A stretch of DNA of 64,000 bases from Sedimentisphaerales bacterium (GCA_963666285.1 OY762711.1), one strand, 5' to 3'. Shown: positions 1 through 10,824, counted from the stretch's first letter. Translations and numbers: made by a program. Notes: generated by a model not told the origin, from the letters alone.

Positions 1-136
1 CAGGAGGATTGCCATCAGCTGACAGAGCATTAAAATCAATGCCGCGCCAGGTCGGCCAGTTATCAGCAGAAAAAGCATAAGCAGAAAGGACAAAAGATAT
101 TACCAAGATGCTAAAAACAGAAAAACTTTTTTTCAT
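1..136 (-). CDS. 5' part of a secreted PQQ-like beta-propeller repeat protein (runs off window start)
   Basis: Manual translation MKKSFSVFSILVISFVLSAYAFSADNWPTWRGIDFNALSADGNPP: signal peptide plus the planctomycete 'WPxWRG' start motif; GGAGAAG RBS upstream. Not in ORF track. Confidence 0.75.
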   Translation of the reverse strand, partial: MKKSFSVFSILVISFVLSAYAFSADNWPTWRGIDFNALSADGNPP

Positions 137-545
137 AATACTTCTCCGATAGGTTATTCATATAATGATTTCTTTTAGTAGTATAAAGCCTGAAGGCCAC
201 ATATCAAACAAAACTTTCACATATTGTGCAGATAGTTATAATACCGGTACCGAGATACATACCGATACATACCAAAATTTAAGGCAGAACGAACAAAACA
301 ACGATTTATTGCATCAAAACACGAATTTCTTTGCCATAAAACACGCAAGATTGAGTCCCATAAATTGAGTAATTAAGAAAAAAAACAGCCTTCTTCAAAA
401 AGACATATTCTATAACGACTTAGAACTAATAGTCTTATATCCCAAGTCAAAATTAATTAGTAAGCCAATGTCAAGTCCGATGCAGAGAAAATCGATAAAA
501 CAGGCGGTTATATACACTTAAATGAATGTATAGAGGTAAAATAAA

Positions 546-2312
546 ATGAGTTTGAAATCGAAGTTTATCTTCCCGACGATATTGATTATCCTGATATGTT
601 TCAGTGCGATAACTTTATTTGCAAATTACATGATAACCAAGAATGCAGTAAGCATTGCAGAGAAGAATGTTATGAACCTGTCGTCCACATTGGGCAAGGC
701 ACTGGATGCATATTTCATGGAGAACATCCATGCCGCCGAGGCACTGGCAAATACCAGCATAACCAACCGCGTACTGAAAGAGACCAAGGGCAAAGACATG
801 TCTGACAAATCATATATCGAAGAGCTAACAGCTAACAGCGATATAATCGAGATATGCAACCAGTTCAGCAGTTTCCGCGAGCAATACAAGATGAATGCGA
901 TATACCTGATGAACTCCGACGGTAAAGTAGTAGGCGGCCAATCGATAAGCAAACTTGGTTTAGACCTGAGCGGCAGAGCATATTTCAAAGAAATATCTTC
1001 GACCCAAAAGCCTGCCTTTTCAGAAGCTATCTTGTCCAAAACCACCGGAAAACCTACAATTGTATTTGGGACACCAATCCTGGAAAACGGTAGTAATTTA
1101 CTAGGTGTGTTAATAGTATCAATTGATTACCAGCCGTTCTTTGAAAGCAATATAGGAAACATAACAATCGGCAACGATCAGAATGCGTATGCAATCTCGA
1201 CAGCGCAAAAAGTAGTAGCCCATATTAATAAAGAATTTGTAAACATTAAAGAGAACTCAACCTGGGAACACGTGCCAGCAATATGCGAGTCAAACGGCGG
1301 TATCGTAACCTATACAGATCACAACGGTTCAGCGATAATAAGCGGCGTGTACCCGATGCAATCAGTAAACTGGTATATGGTAGTACCAGTAAAAAGTCAG
1401 GAAGTAATCACCGTAGCCAAACATGTATCATTTTACCTGGTAATAGCGGCAGTAATCTCTATCCTGGCATTGACAGGTCAGGTAATATTCAGCCTGCAAA
1501 GTTACATTTTTAAGCCATTATCGGCGATAGTAAACAGTCTAAACAGCTTGAATGCTACAGTAAATGAAGCAGCGGCCCAGGCAAAATCAGCATCACAATC
1601 ACTGGCAAACGGAGCAAGCTCCCAGGCAGGCAGCCTGGAAGAAACCGTCAGTTCGGTAGAAGAGATATCATCTCAGACAAAAAATAATGCATCAAATGCG
1701 AAGCGAGCAAACGAGCTGTCAAGTCAAACATCTGAGGCGGCAATACAGGGAGCTGCGGCAATGGAGCAGATGAAAACAGCCATTTTAGCGATAAAAGAGT
1801 CCGCGGAAGAAACCAGCAATATAATAAGCACGATCAATGATATCGCGTTTCAGACTAATCTGCTGGCCCTGAATGCGGCGGTAGAAGCAGCACGAGCCGG
1901 TGAGTCAGGCAAAGGCTTTGCAGTGGTAGCCGAAGAAGTGCGCAACCTGGCAATGCGATCAGCGGAAGCGGTGAAGAACACCTCAGGCATAATTGAAAAA
2001 TCAGTGTCAAGTGCCGGCAGCGGCAACGAGATAACGCAACAAGTTGCCGAGGTACTAGACGGCATCGTACAGACGGCAAACGAGGCCAATACCCTGCTAG
2101 GGCAAATAGCTTTAGCGAGCAAAGAGCAGTCAATCGGAATCAGTCACATCAATACAACAATAGCTGAAATAGACAAGGTAACACAGATTAATGCCGCGGA
2201 AGCGGAAGAGTCGGTAACTTCTGCTGAATCATTGGAAAAACAGGCCAAAGAAATGAACGATGTAGTGTTGAAAATGGTCGAATTAATCGGAAAGGGAAAT
2301 AATGCACAGTGA
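546..2312 (+). CDS. Methyl-accepting chemotaxis protein with periplasmic dCache-type sensor
   Basis: Two TM segments; Cache-like 'DLSGRAYF...[17 protein letters not shown]'; MCP hairpin [37 protein letters not shown]. Confidence 0.95.
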   Translation: MSLKSKFIFPTILIILICFSAITLFANYMITKNAVSIAEKNVMNLSSTLGKALDAYFMENIHAAEALANTSITNRVLKETKGKDMSDKSYIEELTANSDIIEICNQFSSFREQYKMNAIYLMNSDGKVVGGQSISKLGLDLSGRAYFKEISSTQKPAFSEAILSKTTGKPTIVFGTPILENGSNLLGVLIVSIDYQPFFESNIGNITIGNDQNAYAISTAQKVVAHINKEFVNIKENSTWEHVPAICESNGGIVTYTDHNGSAIISGVYPMQSVNWYMVVPVKSQEVITVAKHVSFYLVIAAVISILALTGQVIFSLQSYIFKPLSAIVNSLNSLNATVNEAAAQAKSASQSLANGASSQAGSLEETVSSVEEISSQTKNNASNAKRANELSSQTSEAAIQGAAAMEQMKTAILAIKESAEETSNIISTINDIAFQTNLLALNAAVEAARAGESGKGFAVVAEEVRNLAMRSAEAVKNTSGIIEKSVSSAGSGNEITQQVAEVLDGIVQTANEANTLLGQIALASKEQSIGISHINTTIAEIDKVTQINAAEAEESVTSAESLEKQAKEMNDVVLKMVELIGKGNNAQ

Positions 2313-2332
2313 AAAGTGTGCATAAATTAAAG

Positions 2333-2364
2333 AGCCGGAAACATGGTCATTTCCGGCTTTTTTT
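2333..2364 (+). terminator. Intrinsic terminator after MCP gene
   Basis: AGCCGGAA-loop-TTCCGGCT followed by a T-run. Confidence 0.85.
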
Positions 2365-2812
2365 ACGCGCAAAGTTAAGTGCTAAACGAATGCGTAAGTA
2401 AAATAAACTTAACATTTCATGAGTTTTTCTAAGGGTAATCACTGATGAATTACAGATAAAAATCCTGAAAAACAATAACCAGGCTCAAACAGCTAAAATA
2501 ACAGCGGAAATAGACGGAGCCGCAAGGAACAGCAGCAGAGAGCTTACGGCGAGCGGCGGCGGCTAAGCGATGAGTTAACGGCGTGTGTGCCATGGCAAAC
2601 GAACAGCAAACCACTGCGGAGACGAACGGCGGCTCAGCGGCTGGCAGTAACAACCTCTAGCCGCTTACGGCGGGTGTGCGGCGGTAATACGGCGGCGAAC
2701 GGGATAGACGACCGGTAAAACAGTGAAATTCGAGTTAAATACGGCGAGCTATATATCTTCAGTGATGGCTTTATGCCGGGATGGGTGAAGTAAATAACTC
2801 TAATAATTAAGC

Positions 2813-4000
2813 TTACGGTTTCAGCAGTTTTTTGAATATGCCGGGGAGCTGATGAGACGGTTTGATTTTGTCGCAGATCTGCGTGGAAATTTCCGGCGGC
2901 AGCGGAAGTGGGCAGTCCAGATGTCGAGCTATATCGGAGCATATTTCTTTCATTAGACAGCCGCAGCGCGGGTGGTGAAAATAGCGGTCCATTTGCTGCC
3001 AGATCAGGTCTAGCGGTGTTTCGAGAACATTGCCGAACGAGAGCGGAGTAAGGTCACATGGGCACACGCTGCCAAGAGCGTCGATGTAAAGATGATGGTA
3101 ACCGGCACCGCACCCGAAAAGTTCGTCGGATTCGAGGTAAGAGAACCCTGAAATTGCGGGGCCCGCGTTTTGCCGGTTCCAATTAACGTGTAAATCGTAT
3201 AGACGCTGCGAATGAGATTGATTGAGTATCTGTTCGGGGTGGCCGGATATGCTGCCGGTTGGTATTGGCTCCAGTATGCGGAACTCGTGTACGCCGAGGT
3301 CGGCGGCCATAAGAGTCATGCGTTCGATGATCCCGTTTTCGATTTTGGCGGCGGTGGCAACGGTTGAGATAGCGGTATATAGCCCGGCCTGCAGCGAGGT
3401 GTTGATAGCAGCGAGCCCGGCATCGAATGAACCGCACACACCGCGGGTACTGTCGTGTTCGCGGCGGTTGTCGGACTCGAGCCCGATCATCAGGCAGCCA
3501 AGGTTGGCGTCGGCGAGCTTTCGGGCGAGTAAGTCGGTCAGGTTATAGCCGGTAGTGAATATGATAGTGGCACAATCGCCGGCTGCTTTGACGAGAGTAG
3601 CGATATCGTCACGGAGCAGCGGTTCGCCGCCGGTGAAGCCAAGGGTAATAGTACCGATGGACCCGATCTGGTCGATGACCTTAACAGCGTTTTCGGTGTC
3701 GAGTCTGCCGGGTGTATGTTTGCCGTAGCTACAGTGAGGGCAACTATATGGGCACTGGTCGGTGACGGCAAAATAGCAAGAGTAAGGAACGCGGGCGCGT
3801 TTGATGGCACTGGCGAGGAACCGGTCGAATGCCGGGGATGGGTACGGCGGGAAGAAGGTATTGATCCGCAGTTGGCCGTTATGTCGGTGCGGGTTTTCGT
3901 TACGCAGTTTCGCGACCATATTGAACAGGTGTGCAAGCGGCAGTCTGCCAAGTGATCGCAGAAATAGCGGGGTTAATTGTAACCAATGGCACATTTTCAT
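2813..4000 (-). CDS. Radical SAM protein with SPASM/Twitch-like C-terminal domain
   Basis: CPYSCPHC (CxxxCxxC), FTGGEPLLR, C-terminal CGAG...IDALGSVCPC. Confidence 0.9.
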   Translation of the reverse strand: MKMCHWLQLTPLFLRSLGRLPLAHLFNMVAKLRNENPHRHNGQLRINTFFPPYPSPAFDRFLASAIKRARVPYSCYFAVTDQCPYSCPHCSYGKHTPGRLDTENAVKVIDQIGSIGTITLGFTGGEPLLRDDIATLVKAAGDCATIIFTTGYNLTDLLARKLADANLGCLMIGLESDNRREHDSTRGVCGSFDAGLAAINTSLQAGLYTAISTVATAAKIENGIIERMTLMAADLGVHEFRILEPIPTGSISGHPEQILNQSHSQRLYDLHVNWNRQNAGPAISGFSYLESDELFGCGAGYHHLYIDALGSVCPCDLTPLSFGNVLETPLDLIWQQMDRYFHHPRCGCLMKEICSDIARHLDCPLPLPPEISTQICDKIKPSHQLPGIFKKLLKP

Positions 4001-4390
4001 GATACCGTATATTATACTTTATATTGGCAAGAACTACAACCTAATGAGTGAAGAACGAAGAGTTATGTATGCCTGGCATGTCGCACGCGGGTTAATGTGT
4101 TCGCTTTCTCTCATAGCTGGTTTTAATCGGCTAACGCCGAGGAAAATGCTTTACCACCGATGGACACCGATTTTATTACTGAGGAGGCGGCTTTCCGAGG
4201 TATATTATTTATTGCTCACCGGGGGAGGCTGGAAACGCAGGGTTAGTTCAAAACTCAAGAATATAAAAGAGCTAAACGAAAATTCACGAAAGAACACGAA
4301 AAAATTGTTTGGGGCTGGGTTGGTTGTGTGGTAGAATTGGGAATTGAGAAGATCACTTTTTAAAGTATCAAGTGTAAATTCAAAGTGTAA

Positions 4391-4645
4391 AAGTGCGGTT
4401 TCGCACATTTGACTGTTCAACATTACACGCAAAGGCCAGAACAGGGCCTTGTGAATGAAAAACTCTATATTTAAATGTATTTCCGAGCTATTTCTCGAAA
4501 GTATATTTAATTCAAAGCGTTGCAAAAAGGCCCTTTTAGGCGATTTTTGCACCTTAAAAACTGCGAAAGTAAACTAAAAAGATAGTGTACTAATCTACAC
4601 AGGGAACTTATTTTTAATCGCCTGCGGCGGAAAATGCTTAACCAC
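4391..4645 (+). repeat. Dispersed structured repeat family A, copy 1
   Basis: TTGACTGTTCAACATTACACGCAAAGGCC...GGCCTTGTGAATGAAAAAC...AAAACTGCGAAAGTAAAC; near-identical segments at 22417, 41983, 54259, 61029. Confidence 0.9.
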
Positions 4646-4768
4646 AGATGACGCGAATCCGCCTGAGGCGGATTTCATTCAGCTCGGCGTTGGCAGTAAT
4701 TAAGAATCGCTTCAAGGTTCGCTAAAGCTAGGCTCGACAAAGAAAGCACATGATTAATATTTTTTTGA

Positions 4769-4825
4769 ACCGCGGATGAACGCGGATGAACACCGATGAA
4801 GAAAAGAGTAAGGTGTAAAATCAAA
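4769..4825 (+). repeat. 57-bp direct repeat (left of ankyrin gene) with 9-10-nt tandem units
   Basis: ACCGCGGATGAACGCGGATGAACACCGATGAAGAAAAGAGTAAGGTGTAAAATCAAA; copy at 7281-7337 with one mismatch. Confidence 0.9.
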
Positions 4826-4904
4826 TGAGTAAACAATGTGTTACTGCACCGTACGGTACAGGACCTTGTTTTAAAGCTGACGCGGGAGTGAAGTTTAATA
4901 GAAA

Positions 4905-6848
4905 TTATTTCAAATAACTTTCAATCAAATCAGCAATATCATCGTTTCCGTTTTCCCGGGCATAATCAATCAGTATTTTTGATCCGTTATTTTCAGAATA
5001 GACAAAATCAGGAATTGCGCCAGAATCAAGGATGAACTTAACTATTTCAATGTTTTTTATATGGATTGCCGCCCTGATAATATACCTTTTAGAATAATCT
5101 ATTGGCGGGAGCTGAATTCGAACAGCATTTGGATCTTTGTCATGTATATCATCATATTTAGTGAGATATTCCTCATAAGGTCTTGGCGCAAAATTGATAT
5201 CAGCTCCATAAGTCAGCAACAACTTCAGAAGATCAAAGTTGTCATTCATTACCGCATAAAATAACGGATAATCAGCGTTGATATTTTTAATATTCACCTC
5301 TGCGCCAGCAGCCAGAAGGGTTTTGGCAACTTCAAAATGATTATTTTTACATGCCAGCAGTAAAGCAGAATCACCAGTAGAATTCCGAGGAATATCGTCA
5401 GAGATTTCAGTTTGATCTTCGTACGATATATCTGAAGTAATATACGCAAAATCGAAAATATTTTCATTAAGATCGACTCTTGAATTTATATCAACACCCT
5501 TGGAAATCAGATGCTCAACGATTGCAAGGTCGCCTGCCTGGGCAGCATTAAATAACTCATAAACCAAATAGTCCATGCCTGGTTTTTGACGGGATGAACG
5601 GCTAGCGGGTGCAACCTCATTTATAAATTCCGGCTGGTCTAATTGTTCCTGTTCTGCATTTTCATTGTCGGTCTCTGAATTATCAGCCGGAGTAAACTGG
5701 TTATCCTTATAATACTTCTCTCTATATTGTTTTGAATATTCAAGCAGTTCAAGAACCTCGGCAGGAGGGTTTTCTTTTGCATAGACCAGCAGTTCAAGAA
5801 TCATACTGTCAACATCATATTTCCGGGCAATATCAATTGGAGTTTCATCCTTATTGTTTTCTGTAAATGGTCTGACACCACAATCTAATAAATATTCAAC
5901 TACCTCTATATTGTTTTGTTTAACAGCCCGATGCAAGGCAGAATTGCCGTAGTTATTAACTTCTGATAGCGAATAGCCATTTTCATAAAGCAATTTAAGA
6001 CATTCAAGATTGCCGTTAGCCGCTGCTGTTACAACCGGCGAAAAGGAACTGCCATAAGGATTTGAACAATAAACAGGAATAGACTTAAGAAGTAATGCCA
6101 GAATTTCCGCATTACCATTTTGAGATGCAAGCTGAATCGATAGTGGATGATTTCGTTGAAATTTTCCCATAGGACAACTTTCGACTTTTGCTCCCTTGGC
6201 TAATAGCAGCTTAACAAAATCTACATTATTCAGATAAACGGCGTAACAAAGTGATACATCAAATTCAGGAATTCCACTGATCATCCAATAATGTATTTTT
6301 TCAGGTTCATGATTATTGATATGAGAATTCCAGAATGCACTGCTCGCATAACCACTATATAAATCAAAGGCAAGCTTTTCGACTTTATCATTATACTCAT
6401 TAGAACTTGTTTTTTGATCGCCCAATGAAATGTAAAACATTTTCGACTTCAACCGCATAGCCAGCTGAAGGTCAAAGTCATTAAATAGAGTGAGGTTATT
6501 ACTGACTTGAAATTTTGGTTTTTTCCAGGCGTTTCCGTTTAATTCCTGAACTAACACAGACTGAGACTGAGTATGGTCATATTGCTCATAAATGTATGAT
6601 TTTGAACTGATCCCAAAACAGAGATAACCAGTAACAAAATCATTTCCTGCCGTTGACTTATTCAGTTCGTATGAACTGTAATTATTACTTTTGAAAGATC
6701 TATTTACGGAATCAAGTAACCCTTTCGAGATGACTACTTTTCTGCCAATATTCTCGAATAACATGTCAGGTTCAGTAATCTCAACAATATCATTAGCAGA
6801 GACAACACCCACAAGAAATAACATAACTACCAGTAATATTTTATTCAT
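4905..6848 (-). CDS. Secreted ankyrin-repeat protein
   Basis: Signal peptide; multiple ankyrin repeats (GNSALHRAVKQNNIEVVEYLLDCG, GDSALLLACKNNHFEVAKTLLAAGAEVN); AT-rich. Confidence 0.9.
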   Translation of the reverse strand: MNKILLVVMLFLVGVVSANDIVEITEPDMLFENIGRKVVISKGLLDSVNRSFKSNNYSSYELNKSTAGNDFVTGYLCFGISSKSYIYEQYDHTQSQSVLVQELNGNAWKKPKFQVSNNLTLFNDFDLQLAMRLKSKMFYISLGDQKTSSNEYNDKVEKLAFDLYSGYASSAFWNSHINNHEPEKIHYWMISGIPEFDVSLCYAVYLNNVDFVKLLLAKGAKVESCPMGKFQRNHPLSIQLASQNGNAEILALLLKSIPVYCSNPYGSSFSPVVTAAANGNLECLKLLYENGYSLSEVNNYGNSALHRAVKQNNIEVVEYLLDCGVRPFTENNKDETPIDIARKYDVDSMILELLVYAKENPPAEVLELLEYSKQYREKYYKDNQFTPADNSETDNENAEQEQLDQPEFINEVAPASRSSRQKPGMDYLVYELFNAAQAGDLAIVEHLISKGVDINSRVDLNENIFDFAYITSDISYEDQTEISDDIPRNSTGDSALLLACKNNHFEVAKTLLAAGAEVNIKNINADYPLFYAVMNDNFDLLKLLLTYGADINFAPRPYEEYLTKYDDIHDKDPNAVRIQLPPIDYSKRYIIRAAIHIKNIEIVKFILDSGAIPDFVYSENNGSKILIDYARENGNDDIADLIESYLK

Positions 6849-7280
6849 AAATGAATCCTCATTAATAAGTGTAAGGGTACAATTATTATTATCACATGAA
6901 GATTAAATATTACAAGAATATTATTATGCATTTGGGGACATTCTGATATATAAGATTGAGGTGGTCGGTGCGTTGCGGTTATTATAATCACGCGGGAGGC
7001 AGAAAATGCTCTACTATGATTTACACCGATAAGAAAATGTTTATAAATTAACCCACCCTACATGTCATGGGCAGCTCTGATAGTCTAATGCGATGTCGGG
7101 TTGGTTGAAAAGTTTCGGGCAGCGATGAGAATAATTTTTGCTCGCAGAGTCCGCAGAGATCGCAAAGGAAATTAACTGACTATGAAGAGAGTGAAGAAAG
7201 TTTAAAGTTTAAAATATAAAGTGTAAAGAAAGTATCGCTGACGCGACCTATTTTAAATCGCCTGCGGCGGAAAATGCTTT

Positions 7281-7337
7281 ACCGCGGATGAACGCTGATG
7301 AACACCGATGAAGAAAAGAGTAAGGTGTAAAATCAAA
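7281..7337 (+). repeat. 57-bp direct repeat (right of ankyrin gene)
   Basis: Matches 4769-4825; preceded by AATCGCCTGCGGCGGAAAATGCTT, also found at about 4616-4639. Confidence 0.9.
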
Positions 7338-7690
7338 ATTGTAGAGAAGGTGTCGCAGCACGGGCAACAAAAATTTCAATTCAATTCCAAGTTGTTATGG
7401 CAAGTCATTAATCATATAACTTCAATTCAGCAAACAGTTTTCGTGTATTTCTCCATAAAACGAAATATCAGTTACGGGAAGTTTTATTCTTCTAACGATC
7501 AGCTATCTGAGCAGCAGTAACCTGCGATATAATAATCAAAAGATATAACGCATTAAGAATAAGGTGTTTATGCCGTATTTAGAATATGTGTTTTTATTCG
7601 GGCAGTTTTGGCACACCTATTGTTATTTATTATGCCAAGAGAAAATTGAATAATACCCGCCAACAATTATATGTATAGAGAGAATATATG

Positions 7691-7752
7691 CTGCCGCCCT
7701 GGATTTATACCCCCCCGTCTGCTTTAAGCTTTGTAATCATCCAGGGCGGTAG
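7691..7752 (+). promoter_or_regulatory. 14-bp stem hairpin with a C7 tract in the loop, in the 5' region of the GLUG gene
   Basis: CTGCCGCCCTGGAT / ATCCAGGGCGGTAG (one G-U pair on + strand); no U-tract. Confidence 0.45.
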
Positions 7753-7830
7753 AGTGAGCAACCTAAGTAAGGTGCCAGGTAAGGAATGCCGCAGAGCGGC
7801 AACTAATTTTAATTTTTAAAAGGATTTAAG

Positions 7831-9855
7831 ATGAAGAAAGAATGGTTGAAATGTGTTGTATTGGTATTTATAGCTGTATTATTTGACTCATTATACGGCG
7901 GCACGTATTCCGGCGGTACAGGCATCGCGGCTGACCCGTTTCATATCAGCAAGCCTGAAGACTGGAGTGAGCTATGCCAGAGCGTGCAGGACTGGTCGGC
8001 GTGTTTTGTAATGGATAATAGTATAGATCTGGGTGAAATTGCCGGGCTTATGCCGGTGGGTAATAGCGAAGATCATTTTGACGGCCAGTTAACCGGTTTC
8101 GGATATGAAATTACAAACATTTCAATCGAAATGCCCGAAACTGATAATGTGGGACTGTTCGGCTGGGTCGGAGCAGAGTCTAACATAACGGGGATAAAGG
8201 TTTATAGCGGAGCGGTCAGCGGCAACAGGAATGTCGGCGGAATAGCCGGTATATGCTTTGGCACAATATCAAACTGCATTTCAGACTGTACAATAACGGC
8301 AGCGGACGATAACGCGGGCGGGATAGCGGGCAAGACCTCGGAAGGAGTAGTCATTTATTGCAGTTCCAGCGGAACCGTAACCGGCGATTACTATGTCGGC
8401 GGCCTGGTTGGCTACTGCTATGATGAGAGCATAGTTGAATGCTGCAAGTCAGATTCAGAGGTAAGCGGAAACTATTATGCGGGCGGCCTAATCGGATATA
8501 CATATTTCGGTTCGGAAATAGAGAAGTCATTTTCTAGCGGAAGAGTAGAAGGCAGCTATTATATCGGCGGGCTGGTTGGCGAGCATTATTCAGCGAGTAA
8601 GATAAGAGATTGCTACTCTATCTCACCGGTGACCGGCGATCAATTTGTCGGCGGGCTGGTCGGCAGGAGCAATAACGGTCATATATACAGCAGCTATTCA
8701 TCCGGCCATGTAGAAGCAACCTACAGTACGGTCGCGGGCGGTCTGACAGGCGGTAAGATAAACGGCAGTATTAATGATTCGTTCTGCAATAGCGAGACCT
8801 GCGGGATAAGAGACAGTTACGGTGGGATGAACCGGACCACATCGCAGATGAGCGATATTAATACATTTGTAAATTACGGATGGCAATTTGTCGAGCTGGC
8901 TAAGGATCCGGTATGGTTTATGCCGGTAGAAGGCAGCCCGCGTTTATATGCGATGCGTCATATAGATTATGCCGGACCGTCAGCATCAGTTATCCGTCAG
9001 AGTGAAATGGCAACGACCAGCTTTATATTGAATGCGAAGTCAGACGAACCGGTCAGCTGGGAGCTGGCCACAGGCCAGGGTAGCCCGTGGCTTGAGCTGC
9101 TGAGTGTGTCGTCGGGCACATTTGAGAATATAACAGACCAGGCAACAATCGAAATATCAATAACAGCGCCAATATTGCCGGGCGAATATGATGGTATAGT
9201 TATTGTTACTACTGACAATGGCGAAAGACATAATATACATATTCCATTTACAGTTTACAACCTGGTAGATATAGAGGAGTTTGGGATATTAGCACAATAC
9301 TGGGGGTGTGAAGACTGTGTCGGCGGTAGTCCGTGTGATGCCGCGGACTATTATGATGATGGCAAGATAGACACCCTGGATCTGATGCAATATGCCATGA
9401 GCTGGCTATCAACAGAGATTATCTATGGTGAAGACCGGATAACGGATAATTTTGAATCGGGCGATTTCAGTAAGCTTGGCTGGCAATTGAGCGGTGATGA
9501 GAACTGGACAATTGATGATGAAGTGTATTATGAAGGCAGTTACAGTATAAAATCCGGTGATATAGGTCATTCAGATGAGTCGGTAATAGCCCTTGAAACA
9601 GATACAGGCGAATACGATACAATCAGTTTTGCATGTATGATATCAAGTGAACTGGATTGGGACACTCTGTGTTTTTATATTGACGGCATAAAGAAAATGG
9701 AGATCTCGGGCGAAAACAGCTGGAAAAGCAAAACGTTTACCTTTACGCCCGGTGAGCATACGTTCAAATGGGAATACAGCAAAGACAGTTCCTGGTCTGC
9801 CGGGGATGACTGCTGCCGGCTTGACGATATAAAGATATTCAAGCAATCGAACTAG
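7831..9855 (+). CDS. Secreted GLUG-repeat surface protein with dockerin-like EF-hand motif and C-terminal beta-sandwich
   Basis: YSGGTGIAADPFHI start; repeated VGGLVG/AGGIAG GLUG motifs; DYYDDGKIDTLDL...WL; C-terminal HTFKWEYSKD. Confidence 0.8.
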   Translation: MKKEWLKCVVLVFIAVLFDSLYGGTYSGGTGIAADPFHISKPEDWSELCQSVQDWSACFVMDNSIDLGEIAGLMPVGNSEDHFDGQLTGFGYEITNISIEMPETDNVGLFGWVGAESNITGIKVYSGAVSGNRNVGGIAGICFGTISNCISDCTITAADDNAGGIAGKTSEGVVIYCSSSGTVTGDYYVGGLVGYCYDESIVECCKSDSEVSGNYYAGGLIGYTYFGSEIEKSFSSGRVEGSYYIGGLVGEHYSASKIRDCYSISPVTGDQFVGGLVGRSNNGHIYSSYSSGHVEATYSTVAGGLTGGKINGSINDSFCNSETCGIRDSYGGMNRTTSQMSDINTFVNYGWQFVELAKDPVWFMPVEGSPRLYAMRHIDYAGPSASVIRQSEMATTSFILNAKSDEPVSWELATGQGSPWLELLSVSSGTFENITDQATIEISITAPILPGEYDGIVIVTTDNGERHNIHIPFTVYNLVDIEEFGILAQYWGCEDCVGGSPCDAADYYDDGKIDTLDLMQYAMSWLSTEIIYGEDRITDNFESGDFSKLGWQLSGDENWTIDDEVYYEGSYSIKSGDIGHSDESVIALETDTGEYDTISFACMISSELDWDTLCFYIDGIKKMEISGENSWKSKTFTFTPGEHTFKWEYSKDSSWSAGDDCCRLDDIKIFKQSN

Positions 9856-9900
9856 CAGAATGTAATAATGCGAAGCTTGAGCTAAATGAGACCAGGTCAC

Positions 9901-10018
9901 AGTGCAGCTTAGGCTTCGCATCATATACATGACGTACTTTTGAGTGTTCGGTTATCCTTCGACTAGCTCAGGGCAGACCGACTCGCATTTTGGCTAAAAC
10001 ATAAGTGTTGCAGGAAGT
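9901..10018 (+). repeat. Diverged, partial family A copy with an embedded CTTCGACTAGCTCAGG REP-like unit
   Basis: AGTGCAGCTTAGGCTTCGCATCATATACATGACGTACTTTTGA resembles 22418-22460; TAAAACATAAGTGTTGCAGGAAG resembles 54383-54405. Confidence 0.7.
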
Positions 10019-10029
10019 CACTTTGAGTA

Positions 10030-10824
10030 TTATTTCAGTTCGGCTTTTATCTCGGCGACTTTGGCGGCGAGCAGATCGGCAACATCAGGTGAGTCGAGAT
10101 TATCTTCGATAACCTTTTCGAAGGCGCTGCCGATGACTATGCCGTCGGCGACGTCGCGCAGGTCGCGGGCATCGTCAGCAGTAGAGATACCAAAGCCGAG
10201 AGCGATCGGGGTATCGGTTTGCTTGCGGACACGGGCGACATTGGATTTGATAGCGTCGGCATCAAGCCCGCCGACGCCGGTAACGCCGGTGCGGGTGATC
10301 ATATAGATGAAGCCGCCCGCGGTTTTGGCAATATTTGGCAGGCGTCCATCATCGGTAGTCGGCGCGATAAGATGGATAAGCGGGAAGTCGGCCTCGATAA
10401 GAGTTGTGAACTCGGCGGACTCTTCCGGCGGCAGATCGACGATAAGGGCACCGTCGGCCCCGGCAGCGATAGCGTCTTTGCCGAACTGTTCGATGCCGTA
10501 GCTGAAAATCGGGTTATAATAGCTAAATAGAATGATGGGGACCTCGACACCGGCGGCGCGAAGGTCTTTGACCAGCTGGATAACCTTTTTCAGGTTCATG
10601 CCGTTGGCGATTGAACGGCCTGCGGCTCGCTGGATGACCGGGCCATCACTGGTAGGGTCAGAGAACGGCACACCCAGCTCAAGTATGTCGATGCCCGCCC
10701 GGCAGGCTTTGACGATGATCTCTTTTGATGTTTCTATATTCGGGTCGCCGGCGGTAATATAACCGACAAGTGCTTTGGCACCGGCGTCTTTAAGTTCGTT
10801 AAATTTCTGAGTTATTCGATTCAT
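10030..10824 (-). CDS. trpA: Tryptophan synthase alpha subunit
   Basis: YITAGDP, LELGVPFSDPTSDGPVIQ, GFGIS, DGIVIGSA. Confidence 0.98.
   Translation of the reverse strand: MNRITQKFNELKDAGAKALVGYITAGDPNIETSKEIIVKACRAGIDILELGVPFSDPTSDGPVIQRAAGRSIANGMNLKKVIQLVKDLRAAGVEVPIILFSYYNPIFSYGIEQFGKDAIAAGADGALIVDLPPEESAEFTTLIEADFPLIHLIAPTTDDGRLPNIAKTAGGFIYMITRTGVTGVGGLDADAIKSNVARVRKQTDTPIALGFGISTADDARDLRDVADGIVIGSAFEKVIEDNLDSPDVADLLAAKVAEIKAELK

Noticed and set aside
472..500. Sigma28-like promoter upstream of the MCP gene (TCAAG...ATCGATAA)
   Set aside because: Plausible for a chemotaxis gene, but both boxes and the spacing deviate from consensus; not supportable from sequence alone.
4121..4890. Possible CRISPR array in the repeat-rich intergenic tracts
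   Set aside because: No constant-length identical repeats with unique, equal-sized spacers, and no cas genes.
7609..7625. Sigma54-like promoter TGGCAC-N5-TTGT
   Set aside because: The critical -12 GC is GT.
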